From Candidatus Nomurabacteria bacterium (GTDB lineage Bacteria; Patescibacteriota; Minisyncoccia; Phycocordibacterales; UBA9973), in contig JAHFNH010000001.1 in the NCBI GenBank assembly GCA_023267435.1, positions 16,253-80,252 of the forward strand: a stretch of 64,000 nucleotides of DNA, read 5' to 3'. Each line of letters starts with the position of its first letter. Position 1 is the first letter of the stretch. This document shows, in pieces, positions 9,136 to 19,300 of this stretch. The notes beneath the pieces were generated by a model. That model was not told the origin of the DNA. It worked only from the letters and a program-made list of their open reading frames with translations, and did not search any database. Position numbers and translations under genes: made by a program.

Positions 9136-10404
9136 TTAAAACTTGAGAATTTTAGAAAATTTAGCCTTTTCTTTAAAAGGACCAATCAAAGCCAAATTTA
9201 ATATTTCGTTCTTAAAAATTTTATTCGCCAAGTCTTTAATCTGAATAGCTGTAACTTTCCTGATTTCGTTAGCTTTTTCTTCTGCTAAATGAATTTCCCT
9301 CTTTAAGAGCTCTTGTCCGCCGTAAAAGTTCGCAATATCGTCACTAGACTCTAAAGAAAGCTTCATATTACCGATCAAACATTCTTTTACTTTACCGAGT
9401 TCATCTTCAGAAACTAAATCATTTTTCAATTTTCGGCATTCTTCTAAAACAGCTTCGATAACTTCATTGATTCTTTTATTGTCTACCCCAGCGGAAACTT
9501 GAAAAACTCCGTGATCAGTATAAACATCATTATATGCACGAACGTAATATCCGACACCCATTTCTTCACGTAATTTCTGAAAAAGCCTGGAACTCATTCC
9601 CCCACCCAGCACGCCTCCTAAGACAGAAAGCACTGGATTCTTTTTGTTAAATAAATCGAAAGAGCGCACACCTAAAACAAAATGTGTTTGATCTGTTTTT
9701 TTAAATTTCACTAAGACTTCCGGCTTCTTTTGAGCTTCTTTCACTTTTAATTTTTTAGATTTCTTTCCGCGTGGAATATTTCCGAAAACTTTTTCAACTT
9801 CTTTCATCACATCTTTTTCGGTCACCTGTCCTGCGACTACCAATAATGTCGCTTCCGGTAAATAATGTGCTTTTTTGTAATTCACAAAATCATCACGCTT
9901 CATTTTCAAAATATTTTTCTTTTCTCCCGCAATATTCCAACCCGCTGGTTGGTTACCATAAAGTAATTCCATAAATAAATCCTGCACGTGCCTGTTGGGC
10001 ATATCTTCGTACATATTTATTTCTTCGATAATCACACCTTTTTCTTTTTGCATTTCTGCTTCAGGAAAAGTAGAATTCAAATAAATATCAGAAACTACGT
10101 CAAAAATCTGCTTGAAGTGACGTGCGTCAGACTTCGCATAATAACCTGTATATTCTTGGCCAGTAAAAGCGTTGTATTGAGAACCGAGTGCATCTAATTC
10201 CTTGGAAATATCAATCGCCTTGGGTCTTTTCACTGTTCCCTTGAAACACATATGTTCTAAGAAATGCGAAATACCATTTATCTTTTTTGTTTCGTATTTT
10301 GAACCAGCTTCCACTAATACCAAAACCGTAGCCGTAGGATTATCCTTCATCGGCACAATAATAACTCTGAGTCCGTTATGTAAAACTTTTTTTGTGAATT
10401 TCAT
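9136..10404 (-). CDS. M16-family (pitrilysin/insulinase-like) zinc peptidase
   Basis: Inverted zinc motif HxxEH in GISHFLEHMCFKGT; length 422 aa. Confidence 0.8.
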   Translation of the reverse strand: MKFTKKVLHNGLRVIIVPMKDNPTATVLVLVEAGSKYETKKINGISHFLEHMCFKGTVKRPKAIDISKELDALGSQYNAFTGQEYTGYYAKSDARHFKQIFDVVSDIYLNSTFPEAEMQKEKGVIIEEINMYEDMPNRHVQDLFMELLYGNQPAGWNIAGEKKNILKMKRDDFVNYKKAHYLPEATLLVVAGQVTEKDVMKEVEKVFGNIPRGKKSKKLKVKEAQKKPEVLVKFKKTDQTHFVLGVRSFDLFNKKNPVLSVLGGVLGGGMSSRLFQKLREEMGVGYYVRAYNDVYTDHGVFQVSAGVDNKRINEVIEAVLEECRKLKNDLVSEDELGKVKECLIGNMKLSLESSDDIANFYGGQELLKREIHLAEEKANEIRKVTAIQIKDLANKIFKNEILNLALIGPFKEKAKFSKILKF

Positions 10405-10440
10405 AAAATAATCTTAACACATATTAACACCCCACCCCAA

Positions 10441-10464
10441 CCCTCCCCTTGGCTAATGGGAGGG
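10441..10464. repeat. GC-rich palindrome CCCTCCC-n10-GGGAGGG (DUF559-associated)
   Basis: Immediately 3' of DUF559 copy 2. Confidence 0.5.
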
Positions 10465-10812
10465 AGAGTCTAATTCACTACTAATTTTCTGTAATACTCC
10501 ATCTATATTTGCATTTACTTCATTGTTCCAAAAACGAAGAGTTTTTATTTCCAACCCAAGAAGATAGTTATCTCTTTCTTGATCGTACTCTTTATTATCT
10601 AAATGTTGAGAACCATCTAGTTCAACTGCTATTTTCTTATCAGGACAATAAAAATCTAAAATATATGGACCAATAGAATGTTGGCGTTTAAATTTAAAAC
10701 CGAGTTGATTTCTTCTTAACCTAGCCCAAAGTAGTACTTCTTGTGGAGTTTGATTTTTCCTCAATTCAATCCGGCGTTCTTTTAAAATTGGATGATTATG
10801 AGTAATAGTCAT
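10453..10812 (-). CDS. DUF559 endonuclease-domain protein, copy 2
   Basis: TPQEVLLWARLRRNQLGFKFKRQHSIGPYILDFYCPDKKIAVELDGSQH; paralog of 6117..6476 with the same length (119 aa). Confidence 0.8.
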   Translation of the reverse strand: MTITHNHPILKERRIELRKNQTPQEVLLWARLRRNQLGFKFKRQHSIGPYILDFYCPDKKIAVELDGSQHLDNKEYDQERDNYLLGLEIKTLRFWNNEVNANIDGVLQKISSELDSPSH

Positions 10813-10833
10813 TTTAACTTTGTATTGTATTCC

Positions 10834-10857
10834 TCCTCCCCTTCGCCAAGGGGAGGA
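10834..10857. repeat. GC-rich palindrome TCCTCCCCTT-CGCC-AAGGGGAGGA (DUF559-associated)
   Basis: Perfect 10-bp stem immediately 5' of DUF559 copy 2. Confidence 0.6.
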
Positions 10858-10874
10858 TTGAGGTGGGGTGCTAA

Positions 10875-11543
10875 CTATTTCTTCTTAGCCTTTACAATAA
10901 AAAATCCAGGATATTTACCACCATTTATCTGCTCAGCCGCAGGGTCCCATACTTCTTTATAATCTATCATTTCAAATTTACTGAAGAAATCTAAATTAAA
11001 GTATTCATTCATCGTATGAGTAGGCTCCTTTAATTCAACAGTGCCCTCTAAAATCAAACAATCAACAATGACTTGTTTGAAATAGTCACTAGCGAGTTTT
11101 TTTCTTTCAATAAATTGTCTAAATGGATGAGTTACAAGATAAACAAGTAAACCACCAGGTTTCAAAACGCGAAACATTTCATTAAAAATTTGTTTCATGT
11201 CTGGAGATGTCATGATTGCATATTTTGTAAAAACAGCATCAAATGAATTATTTTCAAATGGAATATTTTCGGCAAAACCTTGAATAAATTCAACAGATGG
11301 ATACTTTGTTTTTGCTATGTCGATAAGCGACTGTGACGCATCTAAACCAACAACAGTTGCTCCAATAGTTCTATAATATTCTGCGTCAATGCCATCACCG
11401 CATGCCAAATCTAACACTTTTTGGTTAGTTAAATCAGTTCCGGTCATACTTCTCATTTCAAACCTGTTTATTTGATTTTTCTCCTCTTGGTTTACTGAAA
11501 AATCTTGAGCGAATTCATCATATTGTGTACGTATATCATTCAT
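10875..11543 (-). CDS. class I SAM-dependent methyltransferase
   Basis: Motif I VLDLACGDGIDAEY; motif post-I VVGLDAS; LKPGG. Confidence 0.75.
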   Translation of the reverse strand: MNDIRTQYDEFAQDFSVNQEEKNQINRFEMRSMTGTDLTNQKVLDLACGDGIDAEYYRTIGATVVGLDASQSLIDIAKTKYPSVEFIQGFAENIPFENNSFDAVFTKYAIMTSPDMKQIFNEMFRVLKPGGLLVYLVTHPFRQFIERKKLASDYFKQVIVDCLILEGTVELKEPTHTMNEYFNLDFFSKFEMIDYKEVWDPAAEQINGGKYPGFFIVKAKKK

Positions 11544-11550
11544 ATAATTT

Positions 11551-12867
11551 TTATACTAATCTATTTTTAATATAATCTTTTAGAGCTTCTACTTTTACTC
11601 TCTCTTGAGCACCTGTATCACGATCACGAACCGTTACTTCATTATCTGTTAAGGTTTCAAAATCAACTACAATACAAAATGGAGTACCTATCTCGTCTTG
11701 TCGGCGGTAACGCTTTCCAATGTTTCCATTGTCGTCCCATGCGACACGTCCAAACTCTGCTTTCAGTGGTGCGAAAACTTTTGTATTGGCATATTCCACA
11801 AGCTCTGGTTTATTTTTCAGTAATGGAGATACTGCACAAATAACCGGTGCCATGGAAGGCTTGAATTTCAAATATGAACGCACTTCCCCGTCCTTTTCAT
11901 CTTCTGCATAAGCAGAAGTAAGTAAAGCTAGAACTGCGCGATCCAGACCGAAAGATGGTTCGATAACATGAGGAATTATTTTCTTGGAATTTTCTTCGTC
12001 TATATAATCCAGCTTGTGAGTTTTCAAATCAAAATCAGAACGATAAGCCAGACCAAAAAGTTCTTTCTGTCCGAAAGGATATTCAAATTCGAAATCAACT
12101 GTACGAGAAGAATAATGCGCTCTATCTTCAGCTGCGATTTCAATATCATGAACTTTAGTCATGTCTATACCGATTTCTTCTATCCATTCAAACATTTCAT
12201 CTTTGAAAAATTCAAAATATCTTTCCCAATCTTCGGGGCGTACGAAATATTCTATTTCCATCTGCTCGAATTCTCTCTGGCGGAAAATAAAATCACGCGG
12301 AGTGATTTCGTTTCTGAAAGCCTTACCGATCTGAGCCATACCGAAAGGAAGCTTTGGGTGAAAAGCATCTACAGTATTTTTGAAATTTACGAATACACCT
12401 TGAGCTGTCTCAGGACGAAGATAAGAGATAGAAGAAGAATCTTCTGAAGCACCCACCTTGGTCTGAAACATCATATTGAACTGTCTGGCTTCACTTAACT
12501 TACCTCCACAATCTGCACACTTAACCTTATCTTCTATTTGATCTGCACGAAATCTTTTGTGACATTTATCGCACTCCACCATCGGATCTGCAAAATGTTC
12601 TGCGTGACCTGTCGCCTGCCAGACTTCCTGACGCATTAATATTGCCGCATCAATACCGTACATATCTCTGCGAGAATCCACAAATTTTTTCCACCAAGAA
12701 GCTTTTACATTATTTTTTAAAGCCAAACCGAAGTGTCCCCAGTCCCAAGTACCAGCGAGTCCCCCATATATTTCCGAACCAGGAAAAATAAAACCTCGTC
12801 TCTTACAAAGTGAAACTATCTTTTCCATTAATTCAGATCCTTCTTTCTTTTCGTTTTCTTTAGACAT
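11551..12867 (-). CDS. glyQS: glycyl-tRNA synthetase (dimeric class II GlyQS type)
   Basis: RRGFIFPGSEIYGGLAGTWDWGHFG N-terminus, zinc-knuckle C..C..C insertion and class II motifs; 438 aa. Confidence 0.85.
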   Translation of the reverse strand: MSKENEKKEGSELMEKIVSLCKRRGFIFPGSEIYGGLAGTWDWGHFGLALKNNVKASWWKKFVDSRRDMYGIDAAILMRQEVWQATGHAEHFADPMVECDKCHKRFRADQIEDKVKCADCGGKLSEARQFNMMFQTKVGASEDSSSISYLRPETAQGVFVNFKNTVDAFHPKLPFGMAQIGKAFRNEITPRDFIFRQREFEQMEIEYFVRPEDWERYFEFFKDEMFEWIEEIGIDMTKVHDIEIAAEDRAHYSSRTVDFEFEYPFGQKELFGLAYRSDFDLKTHKLDYIDEENSKKIIPHVIEPSFGLDRAVLALLTSAYAEDEKDGEVRSYLKFKPSMAPVICAVSPLLKNKPELVEYANTKVFAPLKAEFGRVAWDDNGNIGKRYRRQDEIGTPFCIVVDFETLTDNEVTVRDRDTGAQERVKVEALKDYIKNRLV

Positions 12868-12892
12868 ATTTTAAAAATTATTTATTAAAAAA

Positions 12893-14821
12893 TTACTGCG
12901 TTACCCTCTCCGAGCCAGCTGGGAAAGATGGATCGCTTGAAAGTCGAGTATTAAGAGAAGCCTTATTGACTCTCACATCCACATTAGCAAAATCATCGTG
13001 TCCGGTCAAAACTGCATCATTAATAATCGTCGGTGTCGTGTTCACTTGTGAAAGTGATGGTAGAAATGCAATCTGGAAAGAAACTTCTCTGTCGGTGCTG
13101 GTAATGCCGGTACCTTTTGGAATCCCGCCGACATTCCAAACAATTTCCTTGGAAGAAGGATTGTAAGTCAAATCTTCAGTCGAAGGAGAAATTGGTCCGA
13201 CAAATTTTACCCACGGAGGAAGCGATGAAGTAACTTGTGCTTTGGAAGCGTTATTAGATGTATTAGAAAGAGCCCAGACTACTGTGTAAGTCGTTTCTTG
13301 TTCCACTTTCGGAGGCAATGGTCCAGTGTTTGCGAATGCGCCGGAATAATATAAAGCTTTTGTGGAAAGGCCGACATCGGAAATAACTCTAATAATTTTA
13401 GATTCTGAATTTGTTAGCTCCTGCAAAGCATTACCTTCGAGGGGCTGTTTGCCACTAATGGAAACATCAATATTCACAGTCGGATCAGTAACCATACCAC
13501 CACTGCCTGAAAATAGAGGCAAGGAAGCAAGAGAAAATGAGACAGTTCCAGAATCACTTGGATTAATCTCGGCAAAAGTATTGTCAGAATTTTTATCCCA
13601 AATAATAGAATTCAGAGAAGAATTATAAAATCCATGTTGGCTGTCGATCGTATTTCGATTTACCGCATTGCCGGAAATTTTCGCGGTGATTACTAGGTCG
13701 TTTATTTTTGTCGGCAAATTATTTATCCAATGTATTTCTCCCTGGATCGGAGTTTTAGAATCTGTCGCATATTCCCTCTGGTAAACGCCATTCACATAAA
13801 GCTGCGCCGCGATAAATGGTTTTTTAATCGTAATAGTTTGAGCTAAAGAATTGAAAACAACTCCGATCATCGTCTTGTCTTTTTCACTCTGTGATCCGCT
13901 CAAAATATGAAAAGTTTTATCTTCTCCGTCAAACACATCCACCATTTTACCGGTTATTGAAATATTGCTCTGTGCGCCAGGAGCCAGATCACCCAAGCTC
14001 CAGACATTATTGCCGAGCGATGGCGCCGGCTTGGATGTCTCAAACTGGAAACCTACTGGGTAGTCAATCTTGAGCATCATATTGGAAGCTATTTTAGTGG
14101 CATTCAATGTCGCCTTCACATTCAAAGTAACTTCTTGATTTGGACTTGCCTCCGTCGGAGCATCGACAGAAAGATTGATCGGAGCAGAACTGATAGTGAC
14201 TTGAAAATCTGTTGCTTTTACGAAAATAGCATTGGACCCTTCCACTCGATATTCCAAAGAAATTTTTACCGGCTGGATGCTATTCTGTTCTCCAAAAAGA
14301 GTTATTTTTACATTTTCCATATGCACAGTGCCGGCTGGAATAGTTCCTAAAGATACACGAACATGATCTGTATCACCTGTTACACCGCTGGTACTCTTGG
14401 GATATTCCACAACCAGATCCGCCAATTCAAGAGCCGCATTATTTTTATTTGTAATTTCAACTTGAAGAGGAAGCTCTTCCCCGCCAGCCGTAAAAGTATT
14501 GCCCAATACAGCAATATCAATATTGTTATTAGAAACAGTATTGCCTCCATTAAAGTAAGTAAAAAAAGCAAAGCCTAAAGCCAAAACAAAAAAACCTATC
14601 GAAAAAATAAAAAATTTCTTAAACATTGATGTTTTCATATAAAATTTTTCCATAGAATCAGATTCGCCCACTGCCTCCTTTTTCCAAGAATCCGGAATAT
14701 CTTTTTTCTGCCGATACATAAAACCATCGTGACGATCTATTCTGGACTGAAAACTCTTGCTGAAAAGTTTCGTTTTTAAATCTTCTAATCTATTTAGTTT
14801 TTCTTTGTCATTTAAAGCCAT
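12893..14821 (-). CDS. hypothetical single-pass membrane protein with large beta-rich extracytoplasmic domain
   Basis: Cytoplasmic N-terminus, one TM (FFIFSIGFFVLALGFAFFTYF), then about 540 aa of S/T/N-rich beta-like sequence. Confidence 0.55.
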   Translation of the reverse strand: MALNDKEKLNRLEDLKTKLFSKSFQSRIDRHDGFMYRQKKDIPDSWKKEAVGESDSMEKFYMKTSMFKKFFIFSIGFFVLALGFAFFTYFNGGNTVSNNNIDIAVLGNTFTAGGEELPLQVEITNKNNAALELADLVVEYPKSTSGVTGDTDHVRVSLGTIPAGTVHMENVKITLFGEQNSIQPVKISLEYRVEGSNAIFVKATDFQVTISSAPINLSVDAPTEASPNQEVTLNVKATLNATKIASNMMLKIDYPVGFQFETSKPAPSLGNNVWSLGDLAPGAQSNISITGKMVDVFDGEDKTFHILSGSQSEKDKTMIGVVFNSLAQTITIKKPFIAAQLYVNGVYQREYATDSKTPIQGEIHWINNLPTKINDLVITAKISGNAVNRNTIDSQHGFYNSSLNSIIWDKNSDNTFAEINPSDSGTVSFSLASLPLFSGSGGMVTDPTVNIDVSISGKQPLEGNALQELTNSESKIIRVISDVGLSTKALYYSGAFANTGPLPPKVEQETTYTVVWALSNTSNNASKAQVTSSLPPWVKFVGPISPSTEDLTYNPSSKEIVWNVGGIPKGTGITSTDREVSFQIAFLPSLSQVNTTPTIINDAVLTGHDDFANVDVRVNKASLNTRLSSDPSFPAGSERVTQ

Positions 14822-14841
14822 TACGAAATTATATCACACTT

Positions 14842-15423
14842 TTAAAGGTGTGTTTCCTTTAGTGCTTTATTTATTTCGGATAAAATATGAGTTCGATTTT
14901 TGGAAACTTCAAACATCAACTCGTCTTCAAACGGAGATTTGACCAGAGTTTTTAAATCTTCGCCTCCGCCGATATAACCCAAATTATCCAGAATGCGCAA
15001 AACAATCACCATCTCAATATTGCGCAATTCTTCCATTGTCTCAGTTTTTTCTAAAATAAAAAATCCTTTCAATAAATCTGCGAACAATTCCGGGTTGGAA
15101 TCTTCCCCTGCCAGTAAGCGTTTTAGCAGTTTAGAAATCTTTTCCATTATTTCTAAAGTCTCCGGTCTTTTCGATAGACTTTCAAGCTCGTTTGTTTTAG
15201 ATGCACTCGTGATGCGCCAAAAATCTTTTCCACGCACGAAATCAACTTTCACATAAGAAAAATCTTGCAGGACAAAACGAAGCTTCGAAGATATTTTTCG
15301 AACTCCCTGCGCTGAAGCATGGATCATTCCCAAGTCACGAGTAAAAACAGAATAATATTTCCCCGCTTCTCCGAAATTCCTACTCCCTAAAATTATTCCT
15401 TCTGTATGATAAATGTGGTGCAT
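14842..15423 (-). CDS. recO: DNA repair protein RecO-like (short)
   Basis: N-terminal OB pattern EGIILGSRNFGEAGKYYSVFTRDLGMIHASAQGVRK. Confidence 0.55.
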   Translation of the reverse strand: MHHIYHTEGIILGSRNFGEAGKYYSVFTRDLGMIHASAQGVRKISSKLRFVLQDFSYVKVDFVRGKDFWRITSASKTNELESLSKRPETLEIMEKISKLLKRLLAGEDSNPELFADLLKGFFILEKTETMEELRNIEMVIVLRILDNLGYIGGGEDLKTLVKSPFEDELMFEVSKNRTHILSEINKALKETHL

Positions 15424-15432
15424 TAAAATTAT

Positions 15433-15762
15433 TTATTTTGAAATATCTTCTAGAGCATGAATATCAAAAGCAACTTCTTCATATGGATGTACTTTTTTCA
15501 TTGCTTCTATAACTTTAGATAAAATTTCTCTTGAAACAACAACTTCTATTCTTTCTTCTATCACTTCCTCAAGTTTGCCAACTTCACCTATTGCTGGATT
15601 TGCTCCTTCTACGGGTAAAAATCTCCCTATTCCTTTAGAAGAGAAACTACAAAAATTATAATTTCCAATTACACCCGCTCCAGCTTCACCCATTGCCTGC
15701 CTAACTTTTTCAGTATGATTTTCCGGAACAAATACTACCAGTTTTACATTTTTTGATTGCAT
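15433..15762 (-). CDS. small PII/CutA-like fold protein (Nif3 C-terminal-like), function unknown
   Basis: KLVVFVPENHTEKVRQAMGEAGAG...HPYEEVAFDI resembles CutA/Nif3 C-terminal modules. Confidence 0.35.
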   Translation of the reverse strand: MQSKNVKLVVFVPENHTEKVRQAMGEAGAGVIGNYNFCSFSSKGIGRFLPVEGANPAIGEVGKLEEVIEERIEVVVSREILSKVIEAMKKVHPYEEVAFDIHALEDISK

Positions 15763-15767
15763 ACCTT

Positions 15768-16382
15768 TTATTTTAACACACTATTTATAGCACTTTCTAA
15801 ATCTATAGGATTATCAATAATTAAAGCTGGATTGCCTTTTTCTAAAGTTTCTTTTTCGTGTAATCCCCAAGTTACAGCAATTGATTTTATTTTACATTCG
15901 TTCGCTTCTAATATATCACCTAAGGTATCTGTAATAAAAACACAATCATTCGAAGAAATAGAATGATCATTAAGTAGTTTATTTAATTTCACAACTTTAC
16001 TGACATGAAAATCAAAACCTAAAATTTCATCAAAGTATTTATCTATCCCTTCCCTTTTTAAATGATCAGTAATGGCTAAGGTGTATCCAGAGGTAACAAT
16101 AGATAGAGAATTATCTTTTGCTAATTTGATAACCAACTCTTTTAGAATCGGAGGTATATTTATATCGCATATTTTTTCGCCATAAAGAGTGTGGAAATCT
16201 GGATGAGGAGAAAATTTCTTATTTTTTATTCCAGAACGCAAAGCTGTATAAAAATTACCATGGGACATTTCTTTAAAATCCTGCCAGGAATGATCTGGAT
16301 TGTTTGCCTTGTTAAGTTCGTAACACATTAAAAGTGTATCAATTAATACCCCATCAAAATCAAAAATAACAAGTTTTTTCAT
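15768..16382 (-). CDS. HAD-superfamily hydrolase/phosphatase
   Basis: Motif I LVIFDFDGVLIDT. Confidence 0.75.
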   Translation of the reverse strand: MKKLVIFDFDGVLIDTLLMCYELNKANNPDHSWQDFKEMSHGNFYTALRSGIKNKKFSPHPDFHTLYGEKICDINIPPILKELVIKLAKDNSLSIVTSGYTLAITDHLKREGIDKYFDEILGFDFHVSKVVKLNKLLNDHSISSNDCVFITDTLGDILEANECKIKSIAVTWGLHEKETLEKGNPALIIDNPIDLESAINSVLK

Positions 16383-16383
16383 T

Positions 16384-19300
16384 TTATTTTTGAATCTTTA
16401 TCTTAAAGGCAAGTACGTCAACTTTTATTTCTTCGCCTTCATTAGTTACAAATTCTATTTTTGAAGCAAGGACTGTCTTTTTAAGATCAACTTCAAATTT
16501 TTCTATGAGTTTCTTTCCTTCTTCACTCGTTTCAATTGAAAGAGAAATCACATCCGATGGAGTAAGCCCAGACTTTTTGCGCATATCCTGCACACCACGT
16601 ACGAATTCACGATAATCCCCCTCTTCTTTTAATTCTGGAGTGATATTTATATCGAGAGATACTTCTGTTTCTAAACCACTATTCTCAACTATTTCTTTCA
16701 CATTCAATTCGTCTTTAATAACTTCAGAATATGGGGCACCGAGCTTATATTCTTTCACTTCAATTTTTGCCAACGGCTGACGCACTTTCATTCCTGCTTT
16801 CTGACGTGCTTCCAGTCCGAGTGAAACAACCTTTCGGATTTCCGCCATATTTGCAATAACATCGAAATTTATTTCATTCGCAACTGGCCAATGAGACAAA
16901 TGCACAGATTCTTCATCATGCTCATTTTTTAATTTCAACCAGATATCATCTGCTGAAAATGGTGCAAATGGCGCCATTAATTTCGCAATATTTTTTAATA
17001 CAAAATACAAAGTTTGTTTCGCATCGGCATCCCCTTCTTTTATTCTGTCTCTAGATCTTCGAACATACCAAGTCGAAAGGTCATCAATAAAATCTTTTAT
17101 TGCACGGACAGATTCTAGAAGTTTATAATTATCCATTTTTTCAGTCACAAGTGTAGTCAATTCATCCAAGCGTGCCAAAATCCATTGATCGAGAATATTG
17201 CCAGATTTTAAGTCTTTCACATCTTGTTCCAAATAAGTATCTCGGTAAAGCTCATAAAAAGCTAAAACATTATAAAGCAAACCAAAAACCTGACGATGAG
17301 TTTCATTCACAGTTCTTTCGTCAAAATTCTTTGATTCGCCTGGCTGATTTACTGAATACATCCAAAGACGCAAAGTATCCACGCCATATTTATCCATCGC
17401 AGTCCAAGGATCAACGACGTTACCGATAGACTTCGACATTTTTTTTCCTTCCTTATCTAAAATATGTCCTAGACAAATAACATTCTTGTAAGGTGTTCCT
17501 CTTCCCATAAGCACTCCCACTGCGAGCAAAGTATAAAACCATCCGCGAGTCTGGTCAATCGCTTCAGAAATAAAGTCCGCCGGATAACCTGCCCCTTCTA
17601 CCCATTCTTTATTTTCAAATGGATAATGGTCCTGAGCGAAAGGCATCGCACCAGAATCAAACCAAACATCCATCACTTCTTTTACTCTCTTCATTTCTCC
17701 TCCGCAAACTTGCCCCGCCTTGGCGTGGGTGCAAACAAGTTTTACATCATCAATAAATGGTCGGTGTAAATCAAGCTCGTAGTTTTCATTGTGTGGAAGC
17801 GGTACGAAACTAAGTTCCCGCACTTCAGCATTAGTAAAATGTTTAAAGCTTCCAAAAACTCCTTTTTCAATTTCTTCCGAATGACGGAAAGATCCACCGG
17901 TCATACTAATAGATTCATCTCCAGAATATCCACACGCTCCGGCAAAAAGCATCCATAATGGTGAGCCATGACTCAGTATTAAAATATTTTTATTTTTATA
18001 CTTTTCTTCGAGTTCATAAACAAAACTCATCATTCTATTTTTTACATCAAGCAATGATTCACCTTTATGTTTTGCAGAGAAAAATCTTTCATTAGCATCT
18101 TTAAATATATTTTTGTATTCATTCCAATTCTTTCCTTCAAAATCTCCTGCGTCTATTTCTGACAATCTTTTATCAAAAATTATTTGTTCATCTTTATAAC
18201 CCAATTTGTCTTTCAATATTTCTATAGTTTCGCGAGTACGCATGAAAGGTGAAACGAAAACTAAATCAATTTTTTCATCTTTCAATGATTCTACAGCTTG
18301 AAGTGCTTGCGCTTTACCTTGTTCCGTTAAATGATCTATATCTTCTACTCGTGAACAAACAACTCCGTGCAAATTATCTTTCACATTGCTCTCAGACTGT
18401 CCATGTCGCATGACAAAATATTTGTTACCAGATTTTATTACTTTTTGTTTTAAATCATCAATACTACCGACAATATGTCGATCGGTACATAAATCACACA
18501 CCCAAATAGGCAAAGGTGTTCCCCAGTATCGCTCGCGAGATATCGCCCAATCTTTCACCTCACGAAGCCATTCTCCGAATCTGCCTTCTCTGATATAAGC
18601 CGGTTCCCAATTTATTTTTTCATTCTCTTTCATTAAATCTTCTCGAAGAGAGGACATGTTGATATACCAAGAATCTCGTGCGAAATAAATCAATGGGGTT
18701 TGACAGCGCCAACAATGCGGATAATTGTGTTCGTATTTTTCTTTTTTCAAAAGCAGTCCACGGTGTGCCAAATCTTTGATTATTTCTACAGCTGTTTCTT
18801 CGTCTTTTACAAACTTACCTGCGAGAAAACCGGCAAATTTCAAAAAATTACCGTCTTCTCCGACCAGGTGGAATTTTGGCAAACCAATTTTGGTACCCAA
18901 TTCAAAATCATCTGCTCCATACATCACTGCTGTATGTACTACTCCTGTACCATCCACGGTCGTCACAAAATCGGCTGGATAAATTTTAAATGCATTACCC
19001 AACTTTTCTTTTTCCGCGCCAGAAATATTATCTTTCAAAAATGGATAAAGGGGTTCGTACTCCAAACCGAGTAAATCTTTGCCTTTCATTTTTGAAACTA
19101 TTTCATATTCCCCCACCAGCACATCTAAACGCGCTTCCGCTAAAATTAGAAATTCTTCTCCTTGCTTTACTTTCACGTAATTAATATCTTCCCCTACTGC
19201 TAAACCAACGTTACCCGGTAAAGTCCAAGGAGTTGTCGTCCAAGCTAAGACAAAAGTATTTTCTTCTCCGATTATTTTAAATTTCACAAAAACAGATAAT

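Noticed and set aside
18700-19074. Plus-strand ORFs antisense to ileS (also 17172..17429, 18386..18598, 18725..18982, 18990..19184)
   Set aside because: Embedded in a well-supported 1176-aa synthetase frame. Cys/Phe-rich junk translation.
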